Assembly: GCA_002633005.1 (NCBI GenBank)
Contig: NMRA01000082.1
Location: 163,866 to 222,962 of the forward strand
DNA length: 59,097 nucleotides
Source: Phoronis australis
Lineage: Eukaryota > Animalia > Phoronida
Direction of reading: 5' to 3'
How positions within the stretch are numbered: position 1 is the first letter of the stretch; every line of letters begins with the position of its first letter. The translations under genes and the position numbers were made by a program. Shown piece by piece: positions 32,738 to 45,015 of the stretch. A model generated the notes under the pieces. It was not told where the DNA came from, made no database searches, and saw only the letters and a program-made list of their open reading frames with translations.

Positions 32738-35700
32738 CTAATGCGCTTCTTTTGGAAGTTGTTGCATCATGTTGTTAATGGCAACTCGGATTCCCTCGGC
32801 TAACTCCTTGGCTGTGAACGGCTTCCCCAGGCATGGAACATGTATGAATGCAGTTCTATTCTTGTCAATATTTAACGATACGTAGTATGTGAAATCACAC
32901 AAAAACCTGGAAACAGACACAAAAATGTGACAACAGAAAGAATTTAAGGGCATAGGGCCACAAGGTATAATGCTCTCCAGTGCTTTCTAGGCATAAATCT
33001 TATTATTGTACATTGTACTTTTTGTAATAAACAATAAAAAATGTCTGTCACTTTTGTTTTGTTGTAATGGAAGAATAGTTAGTGCTGCCCCCTGTGTGTG
33101 TGTCCACTTTCAAATCGCCACATCTCCTATCCCTCACGCTCATGATTCCAGAAATGTGCCTACATTCACTGGTGTTAAGATAGACAAGATCATTAACTTA
33201 ATCAATTTGGGATGTAAAATACACGGGAACAACAGATCCCGAAACATAATCATAGCTAGAGGGCGGAGTGAACATAAACACAAAATATAGAAATAATTAT
33301 AGAATTGTGGTAACAAAGGTATGGATAGCATATACCAACATCACATAGAGCTGCACCTGTCCAATGTTAAACAATAAAAAATCGATCAAACCTCGAATAC
33401 AGTGAATTCAGAAACTATGCATTGAGAATAAAAATTCCATCAACCAACCATGACATTAAAAGTCCTAACTGAGTTTACCTGCCCGTGTCCCATGACACTT
33501 CAGCATTGGCTACACAAGGATCTTCATTTATTGCATCACAGACACAGCTCATGTCTATTGTGGACTTAATACATTCGGCCCCGCCTGCCACGCAAACTCC
33601 GTCCTTGGCAAAGCACCCGTCGACGTCTGGTTTTGTGTATGTTCCATTGAAAGACCGCTGTTCTAGTGTTACTTTAGTCGCTCGACTGGATACCCCAACG
33701 TGCACCATAAGCTGTAGCCAAAATGTTAAATGCTCAACTTTAAGATTAAGTTGCTTAAACGACCATAGCCTACGTAATAGTTGGCGTGCCAACCATATTA
33801 GACAAAAACAAAATAATTATGTTCATCATTGTGACTTTAGGTTAGGTGCCTCACTGGACATCAAATGTATGGGCCTATTTGGATGAATGTGGATCACATA
33901 GGTATTTTCTGACCTTCTTGATTGAGACTGCCCTTAACGAAACACATAAAACTGCAGGTAGGAACTGTAGTTTGACAAAATGTGAGACCCATATCGCTTT
34001 TATTGTTGTTTTGGTCCTAGACATTATTTTTGATCAGCTGCTCAGCAGTGTCATTGAGTTAGAATCTGAACGTGTAGTCAAAACAAAATTCTGAGACGTA
34101 CTTGTGAAAAAATTGTAACAATCAGTGTGATGATGGAAATGTACTCATGATGCGGAGAGCACTAAGAAAATTAATTATCCCTGCACAAGCCTGACTGAGG
34201 AATGGGCCCCAGATTTTGAGTTATTGTTGTTGTATGTGACTTTTAAGTCCCTTTGAGCTTAATGGAGTGGTTCAGAATTTTGGAGACCATTGTAAATCGT
34301 GGGTGTCCTTCACCCGCAATAGGCCTATTGAAATTGACATGCAAGGTCAGTGAAAGCAGTTCTTTGTAAACCCTAGTTGCTCTTATTCATACAACTGTTG
34401 GACTGTGTAACTGAACACAGCTCAATAAAAGAGTTTATACTCTCTGCTGTGTTTTATTACCCCCTATGGATTCTGAATACCCGAGCTAAGAATGTCAATA
34501 TTCCCCTTTGTTAATTGTGAGTCAGTGGAGGTGATGCACAGGAGAAAGTTGACACACCTGAGGCTTATGTTGCTGCCATAGTTCTGGTACCCTCTGGGAC
34601 ACAGTTTTGTATACTACAGGCAGTTCCTCAATGACCAGTTCAACCTGTGATCCCGGATCCAACTTCTTTAGTTCTTGGACTGCTTGCCAGCTTGCATTAA
34701 CTGTGTGTTCATTGAAAGGCCCAAAACCTGGTAAAAACAGGGTGCAATCTAAGAATGGTGAGATTTTTTGCAAATATGAAGTTCAAACTGTGTGACAATT
34801 TACCTAAAATTGCGATTCACTTAAAAGTTGGGCAGACTCTGACAGATTCACATAAGTTGAGCAGACCCTCACAGATTCACTTAAGTGGCTATAAACCACC
34901 CTCCCATAAAATACCTCTTGATTTAAACACATGCCACTTGCTATAAATGTGGTCTCTGAACATGTTTCTTGCTAGGATTACTGACGATTATTGGAGTTGG
35001 GAAGAACTGACAGATACATGGCCAACAGATGACAGGCTGAACAGACTTCTTGGATGGAAGAACTAACAGTATAAGTATATAGTGTATTGCCTGTATTGGG
35101 GACGATCATAAGCTGAGGATGCCTGTGACCTTTCCCCGTGAATCCTTCACAGCTCATGACAGAGTTTTCCCGTTCAGTGACTTTACCAGACGTAGGGGGT
35201 TCTGAGCGTGTGATAACATCTAGCTTTTTTATTAACTGCCAAGCACACTCTTTTGTCCGATACGACAGCCAACAAGTCAATTATCTACCAGGCTTATTAC
35301 AGACCACCTGTGAACACAGTTAAACTTGGAGTGAATTGGTATAATTTCGGTGGGCAGCTGGGCGATTTTGGCGATTCAAAAACTATAGACATGATCACCA
35401 CTTGACAAAGGTTTCAGAAATGCTATTGGTTTATGTTCCAATATGTTATAACTAACTTTCATTTTTGCAGCACAGCCCATTCAGGCTAGATACGATCTGA
35501 TCGGAGATTAGAGCAATTATTGAACAAAAGAGCACAGGCTCTCCAACCATAAATGCCAGAATGGAGTTAATCAGTCATGTAAGATATTGGCTACGGGGGT
35601 AAACTTCCCAACTTGTTGTTGGGCTATAGAATCCAACAAGTTGGGAGCAACGAAAAAACGCCGTAATGTTCACACTTATATGTTACAGTGACTAGCGCAC

Positions 35701-37167
35701 CCCTGAGCTAACACCGTGGCACTTGCAGGGGCAGATCCAGGATTCTGAGTGGGGGGGCAAGGCACAGGAATAACCAGAATTTCGCCACATGCGTGAGCCT
35801 AGCCTAATTAAAATGTAGGTATACAGGAGTCTCAAATTTTTGGGTTTATGGACCTTATTACTAAAAAAATGGTAAACAGGGTTTGTTCAAGGCCTATGGA
35901 TTTGCATTTGCCTTCCCCCCCACNNNNNNNNNNNNNNNNNNNNNNNNNNNNNNNNNNNNNNNNNNNNNNNNNNNNNNNNNNNNNNNNNNNNNNNNNACTG
36001 CCAAATGGTATCTGAGAGAATTTTGGGGGGCCATGGCCCCCTTTTCCTTGCCCCCTCCCCAAATCCGTCACTGACTTGACTGATAGATTGATGGCCGAGC
36101 GATGTTGTGTTTAACCCACACTGCCGCACTGGCCCAGTTCCAGACCTCCGTCCACTGGCACTCTCATCAGCTGATCATGGACTCTGCTTCGAGTCTGACT
36201 AAGACAAGTCGGCCGGGTCACGTGAACTCAGTGTTTGAGCACTGCCTACCGTATTTGAAAATTTGCATTGTGTAAAGGAAGCTGAGACTGAATTATGAAA
36301 GTCAATTAGTTACCAGTAACTACAACACACTGCCTGGGAACTGTACAGTCGCCCATTACTCTTAACAACAACGGTGTTTCCTTGGAATTTCGTCGTGAAA
36401 CCTGAGAGCACTGCAGCTCCTTGGTCACTGGCAGTTGCTTCCGGGTTTTCTGTCCACACAACTAGGTCACTCGTGTGTAATAACTAGGTCAAGCAGGGAA
36501 CTCTGCCCGTCTGCTTACCGGTCTTACATCAGTACGCTATGAAACAATGAATACAGTTGTTCTGCGCGTTTTGTTGATTTGCGCAATATGCGGATGACGT
36601 CATCAAAAGCGGGGGAAATCCATATACTGCGCAGGCCCGTTNAATTCGCACCCCAAACTGCCAAATGGTATCTGAGAGAATTTTGAGGGGCCATGGCCCC
36701 CTTTTCCTTGCCCCCTCCCCAAATCCGCCACTGACTTGACTGATAGATTGATGGCCGAGCGATGTTGTGTCAAGTTAACCCACACTGCCGCACTGGCCCA
36801 GTTCCAGACCTCCGTCCACTGGCACTTTCATCAGCTGATCATGGACTGTGACTTCGAGTCTGACAAGTCGGCCGGGTCACTCACAGGCGTCCTCAGCTTC
36901 TGATCGTCCCCAATACACTACATTGGGGACGATCAGAAGCTGAGGACGCCTGTGGGGTCACTAGGCAATGACCATCGCCTCTGTTGGCCCGAAGCTTCGG
37001 GCCAACAGAGGCGAAGGTCATTGCCTACCGGGTCACGTGAACTGTTTGAACACTGCCTACCGTATTTGAAAATTTGCATTGTGTAAAGGAAGCTGAGACT
37101 GAATTATGAAAGTCAAATAGTTACCAGTAACTACAACACACTGCCTGGGAACTGTACAGTCGCCCAT
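32738..37167 (-). CDS. PGPEP1: Pyroglutamyl-peptidase I (peptidase C15), 4 exons, ~204 aa
   Basis: Exons 37167-37125 (MGDCTVPRQCVVVT; duplicated at 36356-36314), 34727-34558 (GFGPFNEHTVNASWQAV), 33711-33479 (LMVHVGVS...VTLEQ...DTG), 32906-32738 (RFLCDFTYYVSL...AFIHVP). Glu-Cys-His triad motifs present. Confidence 0.95.
34317..34493 (-). other. Conserved ~180-nt intronic element, copy 2
   Basis: Shares CAATAGGCCTwTTGAAATTGACATGyAAGGTCAGTGAAAG, TTGGACTGTGTAA and TGTTTTATTAmCCCCTATGGATTCTGAA with 1885-2065. Confidence 0.55.
35092..35127. mobile_element. Solo, diverged arm of the CACAGG MITE
   Basis: TGTATTGGGGACGATCATAAGCTGAGGATGCCTGTG, two mismatches to the right TIR. Confidence 0.75.
35726..36073. 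mobile_element. hAT-like MITE (CAGGGGCAGATCC...ATCCGTCACTG) spanning an assembly gap
   Basis: Imperfect TIRs, G-run/C-run subterminal motifs, ACTTG on both flanks. Confidence 0.6.
36314..36356 (-). CDS. PGPEP1: Second copy of PGPEP1 coding exon 1 (within gap-flanking duplication)
   Basis: 43-nt exon identical to 37125-37167, with the same GTAACT donor. Confidence 0.7.
36882..36954. mobile_element. Same CACAGG MITE family, shorter copy, 8-bp TSD
   Basis: Identical TIR; GGGTCACT at 36874-36881 and 36955-36962. Confidence 0.9.
36962..37027. mobile_element. 66-bp palindromic MITE, TAGG...CCTA termini, 9-bp TSD
   Basis: TAGGCAATGACCATCGCCTCTGTTGGCCCGAAGCTTCGGGCCAACAGAGGCGAAGGTCATTGCCTA; CCGGGTCAC at 36872-36880 and 37028-37036; empty site at 36213-36221. 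Confidence 0.88.
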
Positions 37168-37936
37168 TACTCTTAACAACAACGGTGTTTCCTTGGAATT
37201 TCGTCGTGAAACCTGAGAGCTCTGCAGCTCCTTGGTCACTGGCAGTTGCTTCCGGGTTTTCTGTCCAAACAACTAGGTCACTCGTGTGTAATAACTAGGT
37301 CAAGCAGGGAACTCTGCCCGTCTGCTTACCGCTCTTACATCAGTACGCTATGAAACAATGAATACAGTAATTGAAAACCACCAAAACATGCTAAGAGCTC
37401 TCACTTTTATTGGAATCACGAAATATTGCTGGATTTTGACAACTCCGATTTCATAGGACAAATTTTCTCATATTAAGCCTACGTTGGCCTACACGGCGTG
37501 TCATGATAATTCAACCGTGATTCCAGTATCGCTGGTCAATCATTTCAGTGGCCATCATGTAAGCCTACGCCAGTAAGGCTTTCAAATTGTTAGAAGAAAT
37601 TTTTGCGTTTGAGAATGATGTCGCTATTCTGATTGCTTGAGAGTAAGTTACATCGCTAAGTAGCTAATCTCATCAGGCCATTTTGTACGACGACCATTTT
37701 CTCAAGGCAAGACCAGCACTATAACGAATTGCTGTTTTCTCTAGCCCAGAAAACACTTCTCAGCTGATTCTGAAACAAGTTGTGAGCAGCTTCATGCAAC
37801 TGTAACTGCCCTTGGTCTGGCAAAATTCGGAATAAGAGCCTGACTCCACCGAGTTTGAAGGAACATTGTCGTTTTTACTCAGGCCGACCGACGCAATATT
37901 GGGGTTATTGTTGAATGGCATAGATTTTTATTTTAA

Positions 37937-38165
37937 GGTAGGTGGATACACAAAAAAATTAATTTTGACTATTTTTTACATTTTTATGTCATCCTAATCT
38001 TTAACTCTTAATGCACAGTATACTGAAGAAAAATAAAATCACGAACTACAAAAAAAAAATTTTTTCGATTTTTGTCACTTTCAGAGTCATATCTAACTAG
38101 TTAAAACTCCCTTTTTACTCATTTTAGTTAGGAACCTGGAGATTTGATCTGTGTATACACCTACC
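37937..38165. mobile_element. TTAA-flanked non-autonomous DNA transposon (Kolobok-like)
   Basis: TTAA|GGTAGGTGGATACACA ... TGTGTATACACCTACC|TTAA. Confidence 0.75.
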
Positions 38166-39799
38166 TTAAAGATATCAGCTTTGACCAGAGCTCCAGAGCA
38201 ATAAATTCCGCTTGTTTGTTTTTTAATTTTACTCCATAATTCACATCGTCCCCTGACGTTTATGGGAGGCACTCGTTGAAATAAATGTCTGTGAATTAAG
38301 GTGAAATGCGCTAAAGTACTGGCTGGCTTATAACTCAGACGGCATATAGTTTGGAGCGGAGCGTGTGTGCTTTATGTTCGAATTTGTCTTTTCTCACTAA
38401 TGATGTAACATTGAATCTAGAAAAATTATGACATGCAAACATTAGATATATGTGTGACTCATATAATCGTCACAACTTTCACTCGTTTGTGTATTATCAA
38501 TGTTGTTCACTGTTGCATTTGAGAATATTCATCCAATAGCAAATGCACACGTTTAAGCCAGCTGTGTGTTACTGCTGTTCCCGACTCATGCCTCAAACCC
38601 CATCTGAACTTAAAGGATACTTTTCCGAAATGCGACGAGCAAACTGACTACGTCATGTGTTGCCGCATTCAGACAGGAATCAATGTTTTTGGATACACTA
38701 ATAACCGAAACTTTGGTGCTTCGCTGAATGTTAAAACATCAATTGGTTTTAAACATAACGCTCTCTTTGGGCGGCTGCTGATACCTAGCATGAAGTTAGC
38801 ACTATATTTTACAATTGCGGCCTAAAGCACAGTGTTCATGCTGTGACGTAGTCACGATCAACACCTTTATTTGGACTTTCTTTCTTTCAAAGGTACATTT
38901 CTCCTTATTTAGCAAAAAAACTAAAATTGAATTAGGTTTTTGACACCCATGAAACCAGACACGTACACATTGTCTGTGGCTTGAGTTGGTAATTTAAAAA
39001 GAACCACACCATAGTTAGGATTACTGCGAGACCAATTTACGTCCAATACAAATTTCGTCTTTTGACCAGCTAAACATGCAAATTGAACTTTAAAAATCGG
39101 GAATTTAAAAAATGGCTATGACGGTGTCCTGATTTTTCAAAAAGAAGTATTAACGTCATAAACAAGCAATTGGGAAAGCAAATCTGTTCAGACAGCCTGA
39201 GCGTAATTAGCTTTAATTAACATTAAACCTGCCTCTTTGTTCATGTACAAAAATTCATTGTGTAGACAACGTTTTACTTTCAATTTGCCTTTTTATGAAT
39301 ATCAACATGTCATGGTTGTTCGTTCTCCCGTGTCAGCAATCATATTACAAAGTTCTTGAAAGAACATGTTCGCTTACAAATGATAACAAGATGTATTTTG
39401 TAATTTTACATATATAATTAAGTTGTGCCGTTTTCCCCAAATGCACACCGTTAAACTGTCATAAGATATGAACAGTTTTTTAATGCATAAAAACCGTTCT
39501 TCACTTGAAATGTACTGCGGAAAGTTTTTAGTGTCGCTTGCAATATTTTTGTAAAAATACGTCACGGTAGTTATTACACCATAAAGAATGACGTAACAAA
39601 TACTCATTCGTAAATTATTATGCACGTGATTATTCGTGACAGAACAAGATTGCTGTTTCGGTTAGTGGAGGTGCACGGCCTCACACAAATAGTTGGGATG
39701 ATTACAAATAAAAAAGATGTCCCGAAGAGGACGAATGAAAGACTCAGATTGTATATAGCTCGATAGCAAGCGAGAGAAAGAATTGAAGAATTACGAGCA

Positions 39800-40479
39800 A
39801 TGCATTCTAGCAGCGCACAATGCTCCAGTGGTTTTCAAGAGCCACTTAGAGACATCATCCCGGGTGATGATGAGTACGAGTCGAGAGACGACCATTACCA
39901 GATGGTATCCACAAGAGACAAATTAACTCCGTCTGCATATTCTGAGGATGCCGAAAAACGGTCAAAACAAAACAAAAATTCAAGTGACAACCGGGCAAAT
40001 TGCATGAGTGCCAGGGGAGAGCCACAAAGTGACATCATCCCACACGAGGACGAGATGGTGGCCGAGACGACTTATCCTCCTATGGTTTCCATGGAGACTA
40101 CAAAAAACAGAAAGAAAATAGAGCCATGCATGACAGCAATACAAATTGCTCGAGTGGTCGTCCAGAGCCACAAAGAAATACCAACCCGGACGAAATAAAG
40201 TTGGTAGGAGATTTCTACAAGGTGAAGACCATTAGTAACGACTTACATGTACCTCCTCCTCGTTGCTTTGGTTATGCTGAAAAAGAGATATTACAGAAAG
40301 ATACACTATGTATGAGTAACAACCGAGAACCACATGGAGACATTATCCTGTTGAGAGGCAACGGTCACGAGGTCAAGAGTGAAGAGTCACCTCTACCTGT
40401 ATGTTCTGTTGCTGGCAAAAAAAACGAACAAAACAAAAGCGATCTTTCCGTAACAACCGTGTACATGCACACTGTTTGA
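39800..40479 (+). other. Two diverged ~330-bp repeat units, each an ATG-initiated ORF, upstream of the pseudokinase
   Basis: MHSSSAQCSSGFQEPLRD...CMSARGEPQSDII (39800) vs MHDSNTNCSSGRPEPQRN...CMSNNREPHGDII (40126); unit offset 326 bp puts them in different frames; a third ATGCAC at 40465. Confidence 0.6.
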
Positions 40480-40719
40480 ACGTTAGTCAATAGCCACACA
40501 GAGTCACCACACTGCGGGACGTCGATAGTTTGGGATGTCACGAATACGAGGATGTAGCCAAGGGTGACGAGTCATCAACGCCTACATGCTCTGGAGATTC
40601 CAAAGGATGTGAAGATGATAGCAATCCGAACTCCGCGAAGAACCTGGGCTCGTTTACAGACGGTGCTATACACGTTCCCGGAAGAAGTTACAGAAACTCG
40701 ATTTGTGCCAGTACCTGGT

Positions 40720-41688
40720 ATGAGCGACGACGCAGATGACTTAGACAGACAAGGTGATGTCCAAAAGTTATCAGTTTTTCAGAGAGCAATTCGTAAAGTA
40801 AAATCACTATTTTCTATGAAAAAACGTAGTAGAAACAACAGAAGTTGGTCTGGATATGAACCTGCTTTTTCCTTCCCAACTTTCAAGACGTCACCGCTTC
40901 TCAACCTGCCAGACTTTGCTATTAACGTTGGTGAGACTGTTGTTCACGACCCCATGAGTTACAGTTACGTTTATCGGGACGGAAAGCCCGTCCTCATTGA
41001 TCGAGGAAATTATGGCTGTATGTTTCAAGTTGAGCGACAGCAGATGTTTTACGCCCTCAAAGTATTTTTCAAAGAATTCTCATCTTTATATGAGGTCAGC
41101 AGAGAGGTTGAAGTGTTCCAGTGTGTCAATGGGAAAGGAATCGTGCCTCGACTTCGAGGGTTTTTCCTGTTGGAGGAAAACGCGATTCATTATTCGTGGG
41201 GAATTTTATTTGACTTTGCAGGAAACAATAGCCGCAGCGGGAAGACACTCCGCGAACTTCTTCGCGACTACAAGAAGGAAACGTCTGGGTTTACTCCACT
41301 GAGGGATCAGGACTGGCTTGACATCTTAATCCCGATATGTGATCAAATTAATGCTCTCAACAGAGCAGGCGTGGTTTTGAGAGCCGTGAATCCGGACAGC
41401 ATTGTAGTGATCAAAGTTAATGGTTTGTACAAGGCGCAGTTTTTGGACTTCCGAGGCGCAACATTGTTGAAAGACAATCCTTGTACAACTCACTACGGCG
41501 ACTTTATTAAGGTGTGCGAGCTCATGGGTCTTATCAAGTGGGAGACGCAATCTAACAAGAGATTCCACGATGCGTCCCAACTGATATCTCAGGGACCAGG
41601 GAAAGCTACGTGGGAACATGTCATCGAGGCCCTGAGAACAGAAAGGTGCTCTATCTTTAAAAAGTGGTTTCTTTGTCGAAAACAGTAG
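40720..41688 (+). CDS. Intronless protein-kinase-like protein, probable pseudokinase (322 aa from first in-frame ATG)
   Basis: IDRGNYGCMFQV (degenerate G-loop), YALKVF (VAIK Lys), REVEVF (helix C Glu), LRAVNPDSIVV (in place of HRDLKPxN), FLDFRGA (in place of DFG), short C-lobe. Reading frame is open from 40564. Confidence 0.8.
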   Translation: MSDDADDLDRQGDVQKLSVFQRAIRKVKSLFSMKKRSRNNRSWSGYEPAFSFPTFKTSPLLNLPDFAINVGETVVHDPMSYSYVYRDGKPVLIDRGNYGCMFQVERQQMFYALKVFFKEFSSLYEVSREVEVFQCVNGKGIVPRLRGFFLLEENAIHYSWGILFDFAGNNSRSGKTLRELLRDYKKETSGFTPLRDQDWLDILIPICDQINALNRAGVVLRAVNPDSIVVIKVNGLYKAQFLDFRGATLLKDNPCTTHYGDFIKVCELMGLIKWETQSNKRFHDASQLISQGPGKATWEHVIEALRTERCSIFKKWFLCRKQ

Positions 41689-44056
41689 TACTGTAGCTCT
41701 GCTCTGATAATGCAAGTTTGGCATGCGTGTGTCGAAGCCTGGCCTTGGTATTATGTCCACCGCAAAACATCCGAGTACACTGGACTTTCTGCAGCGTCTG
41801 ATCGACCACAGCAACGGACGATGAACCTGAATTTTTAACGCGCGGTAGACAAATCATGTGGCCAACTTGTAAAGTTGCTGATGTGGTGTCGTGGGCGTAC
41901 ATATGACTGTCTTCTGCCTAGGCTGGAGTATTTACAGCCATTACCAGAAATGTTATCTAATAGTGATAAGATACTTTCTTTGTATTGATTTAATTTTCGG
42001 TGTTAATAAAAGTCGGCCAAGGTTACTTATCCAGTCGTTATCATTTGTTTATGAAGTATTCATTCCTCTTTCAACCCCTATACGGAAAGCAGTATCTTTG
42101 GAAAGATAATGTATTACAACGGTGATGGCACTAACATAAGTCGCATCTTCGTGGATTTTTCACTTAATAACTTTTACGGGGTTTGAACTCCGGAAAATCT
42201 TTTTAAGGAATTGAATTTGAGGTAACGACTCCCTGGAATCGCGAACCTTAATCATTCCGTTGCAAAATAAAACCAACAAAAACATTATATAACCTTTTGT
42301 AGAGTTCTTCATTTTTTAGCAAACCTGAGTTCCTTTTCCTAGCTCATTTAGTAGACACGTAGGGAGGTGTTTTAATTCATAGCGATACATTTCGGCTTAT
42401 AAATCAGAGAAGTCACCTCCAAGTTCATAAGCTCATGAGGTATGGCTGTGAAAAGCACAGGTTTGCACGGTAGATCACTTGCATGGCTCTTAAAAGGGTA
42501 CCCACTGGTTGCCAGCAAAAAATTTAGAAAATTCACCCCTCCACGCAGCGTACATGTACATGAGATAACGCACATTGGATTACAACTGGTTCAATCAGGT
42601 TTCGTTGCCACAGCACTGCACAGCATCTAGGACGATCGCATCAAAGGCGACTTTTCGGGGTTGAAGAACGTCAGCAAAATTTCCTCTGTGTTGAAACTGT
42701 ATTGAAGATTTTTTTTGACAAAAATCTGCAAAAAGGGGGTGTAATCATATAAAAGATCAATAGTTCTGACACCCGTAGATAGAGATATCACCATATTACT
42801 AAAACATAATGTAATAAAATTTTAAAAAGCATCTGTGAGATTCTTGGATCACTTCCGAAACTGTTTGCATTCTTACGGGAGATGGAGGTTCATGCTTCGA
42901 AAAAATGTTCTCTTTAACCAACTTATCAGTAAAAATAGTGGCAAACGTATGCTCATGTACCACTCTATGTAGATAATTGTAAACTACCTATCATTACATT
43001 TGTGGAGAAATTAGTTATTTCGTAATGTTAAGTAAAGTTGCCTCTTGAGTCGGAATTCGAAGCTAGCTATCTCCTTTGGTCAGATTCAGAGAGGTACTTC
43101 CGGCGCCCTTCCTATTAGCATAGAACTCTACCCTGGAATGCCAACTCCTGCATGTGACCAATGTATTCTATTATTAGAGCTTACGGCCCTGAGACTAGCC
43201 GCGAAAGTTTGCTCTAAGTTTTTCCGGCTGCGTGCTCTACTGAGTTTTGGTCGAAAGTTGTAGTTATCAAATCAAGCCTAATTTCAGTGTTTTATTTTCA
43301 TTTTGTTATTTTTGTTCGTCAAGCGAGTCTACTGAGGTACGATTACATACAATCAGCGATGTCTCGGCAAAATTAGTCAACAAACCCGGCAATTATACTG
43401 GTCATTCTTCATAAGCACCGACCTGTGGCGCTGGGTGAATGCCAGAAATAGTTTGGTCTCCGACATCTTTTCAGCTCCAGTCGCAGAACCACTTTCGACA
43501 ATTAACCTATCATACTACATGCCAGGAGTTTTTCAACAAGACATTTTTGGATTTTAAAATCGTGTTACACTATTTTACAGAAAGAAATTACATTTGGCCT
43601 AAATGAAAAGTTTAGGCCATAATCCTAACCCTAACCTTAACACCAACCCTGAGAAGTAGGCCAACTGTTGTCTGTAGTATTTACCTATACCCGTGAAATA
43701 AAATTCTAAAACATGAAATTTTACCCTGTGAAAGAATCCAATCCACTACTTCGTGTTGCTGACAGCATACAGTGTATATGTCCCGCTCTTGGCGGACTGT
43801 CCCACTTTTTCGATTTATCCGCCATCTCGCCACACCATCTAAATGTGCCGCTGATTGACACGCAGCCAAATTGACGTACATGTTCATTACCTTAATGATT
43901 GATTGATTCATCAACCTACTGATTGGTTGGTTCATCAATCTACTGATTGTTTAGTCCATCAATCAATAGAGGGTAACTCGCCACTTGCTAGATGAAATTA
44001 TCTCCTGGAGCCAAAACTTACATTTAGAAATACCGAAAATAAATTTCAATAGAATT

Positions 44057-44308
44057 GAGTTTACAATTTTATTTGCTTTTTCGAAAAAAGGATGTGCAAT
44101 TATTTTGCACCAGTTTTGGTTGTGTAATATCGTTATTGCAATATGAGGGACACATTTTTCTACGGATTAAAAGAATTTTAAAAGAGTTTACAATTTTATT
44201 TGCTTTTTCAACAAAGGATGAGAAATTATTTTCCACCAGTTTTGGGAGTGTGATATCGTCATTGCAATATGAGGGAAAAATTTTTCTACGGATTAAAAGA
44301 ATTTTAAA
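44057..44308. repeat. ~127-bp tandem duplication
   Basis: GAGTTTACAATTTTATTTGCTTTT...CTACGGATTAAAAGAATTTTAAA twice. Confidence 0.85.
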
Positions 44309-45015
44309 TTGAAATTGAAATTTAAAATGGTCTGTGAGACACTGTTTTGGTTGTGTTGGTCACTCGTTCAAAGATATCAATTATTTGTTGTGTGTGCAAC
44401 TTTTTATTTGACTACATTTTTCATGCATGCACTTACGTGTAATGGAACTAACTATTTTTTAAAAATTTGAGAAATATATTTGTGATTACTGTGCTATGAA
44501 TAGAAATATATGCTAACAAAGTTTATGCTTTGAAAAATTACATGTTAATCGGATGAACTAACTCTGTTGGTAAATATTAATTGACAAAACTGTATTCAGT
44601 TGTTTTGAAAACACTCACATTGTATTGTAAATCTTATTTGTAAAGTCAATAATTATTTTTAAAATAATGAATCCAGGAATGTAACAGACTGGCAAATCCC
44701 TGAAACGTTATGTTCTAAGGATTCCTTAAAATATCTTTGAAACTTGTGGTGAAGGAATCCGTAAAATGGGATAAGGTAATAGACTGTAAATACACTTCAA
44801 ATGAGAGAGACCTAATTTCGTTTGTTAGCCAGCTAAACAGGGCGGAACGCAGATTTAAATAAACTTCTAATTTTATTCGTAAAATAGATAATTGACAAAG
44901 TGAACGCCCAATGTTGCATTGTGTTTTGAACGGATTTCCAGAAAACGCACTCTCCGTATGGAAACAATCTTGCCGAATATTTCTTCAACCAATGGCTATG
45001 GTACGGTGACCGCGC

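Larger units (their letters stand above)
35997..37368. repeat. Gap-flanking direct duplication (35997-36557 vs 36657-37368) containing PGPEP1 exon 1
   Basis: Near-identical copies separated by a single N at 36642; they differ by SNPs, small indels and two MITE insertions. Confidence 0.9.

Noticed and set aside
36314-37167. Two PGPEP1 first exons as alternative promoters
   Set aside because: Copies are near-identical and abut assembly gaps; most simply two alleles.
41326-41814. 162-aa minus-strand ORF
   Set aside because: Antisense to the pseudokinase ORF, non-ATG start, no motifs.
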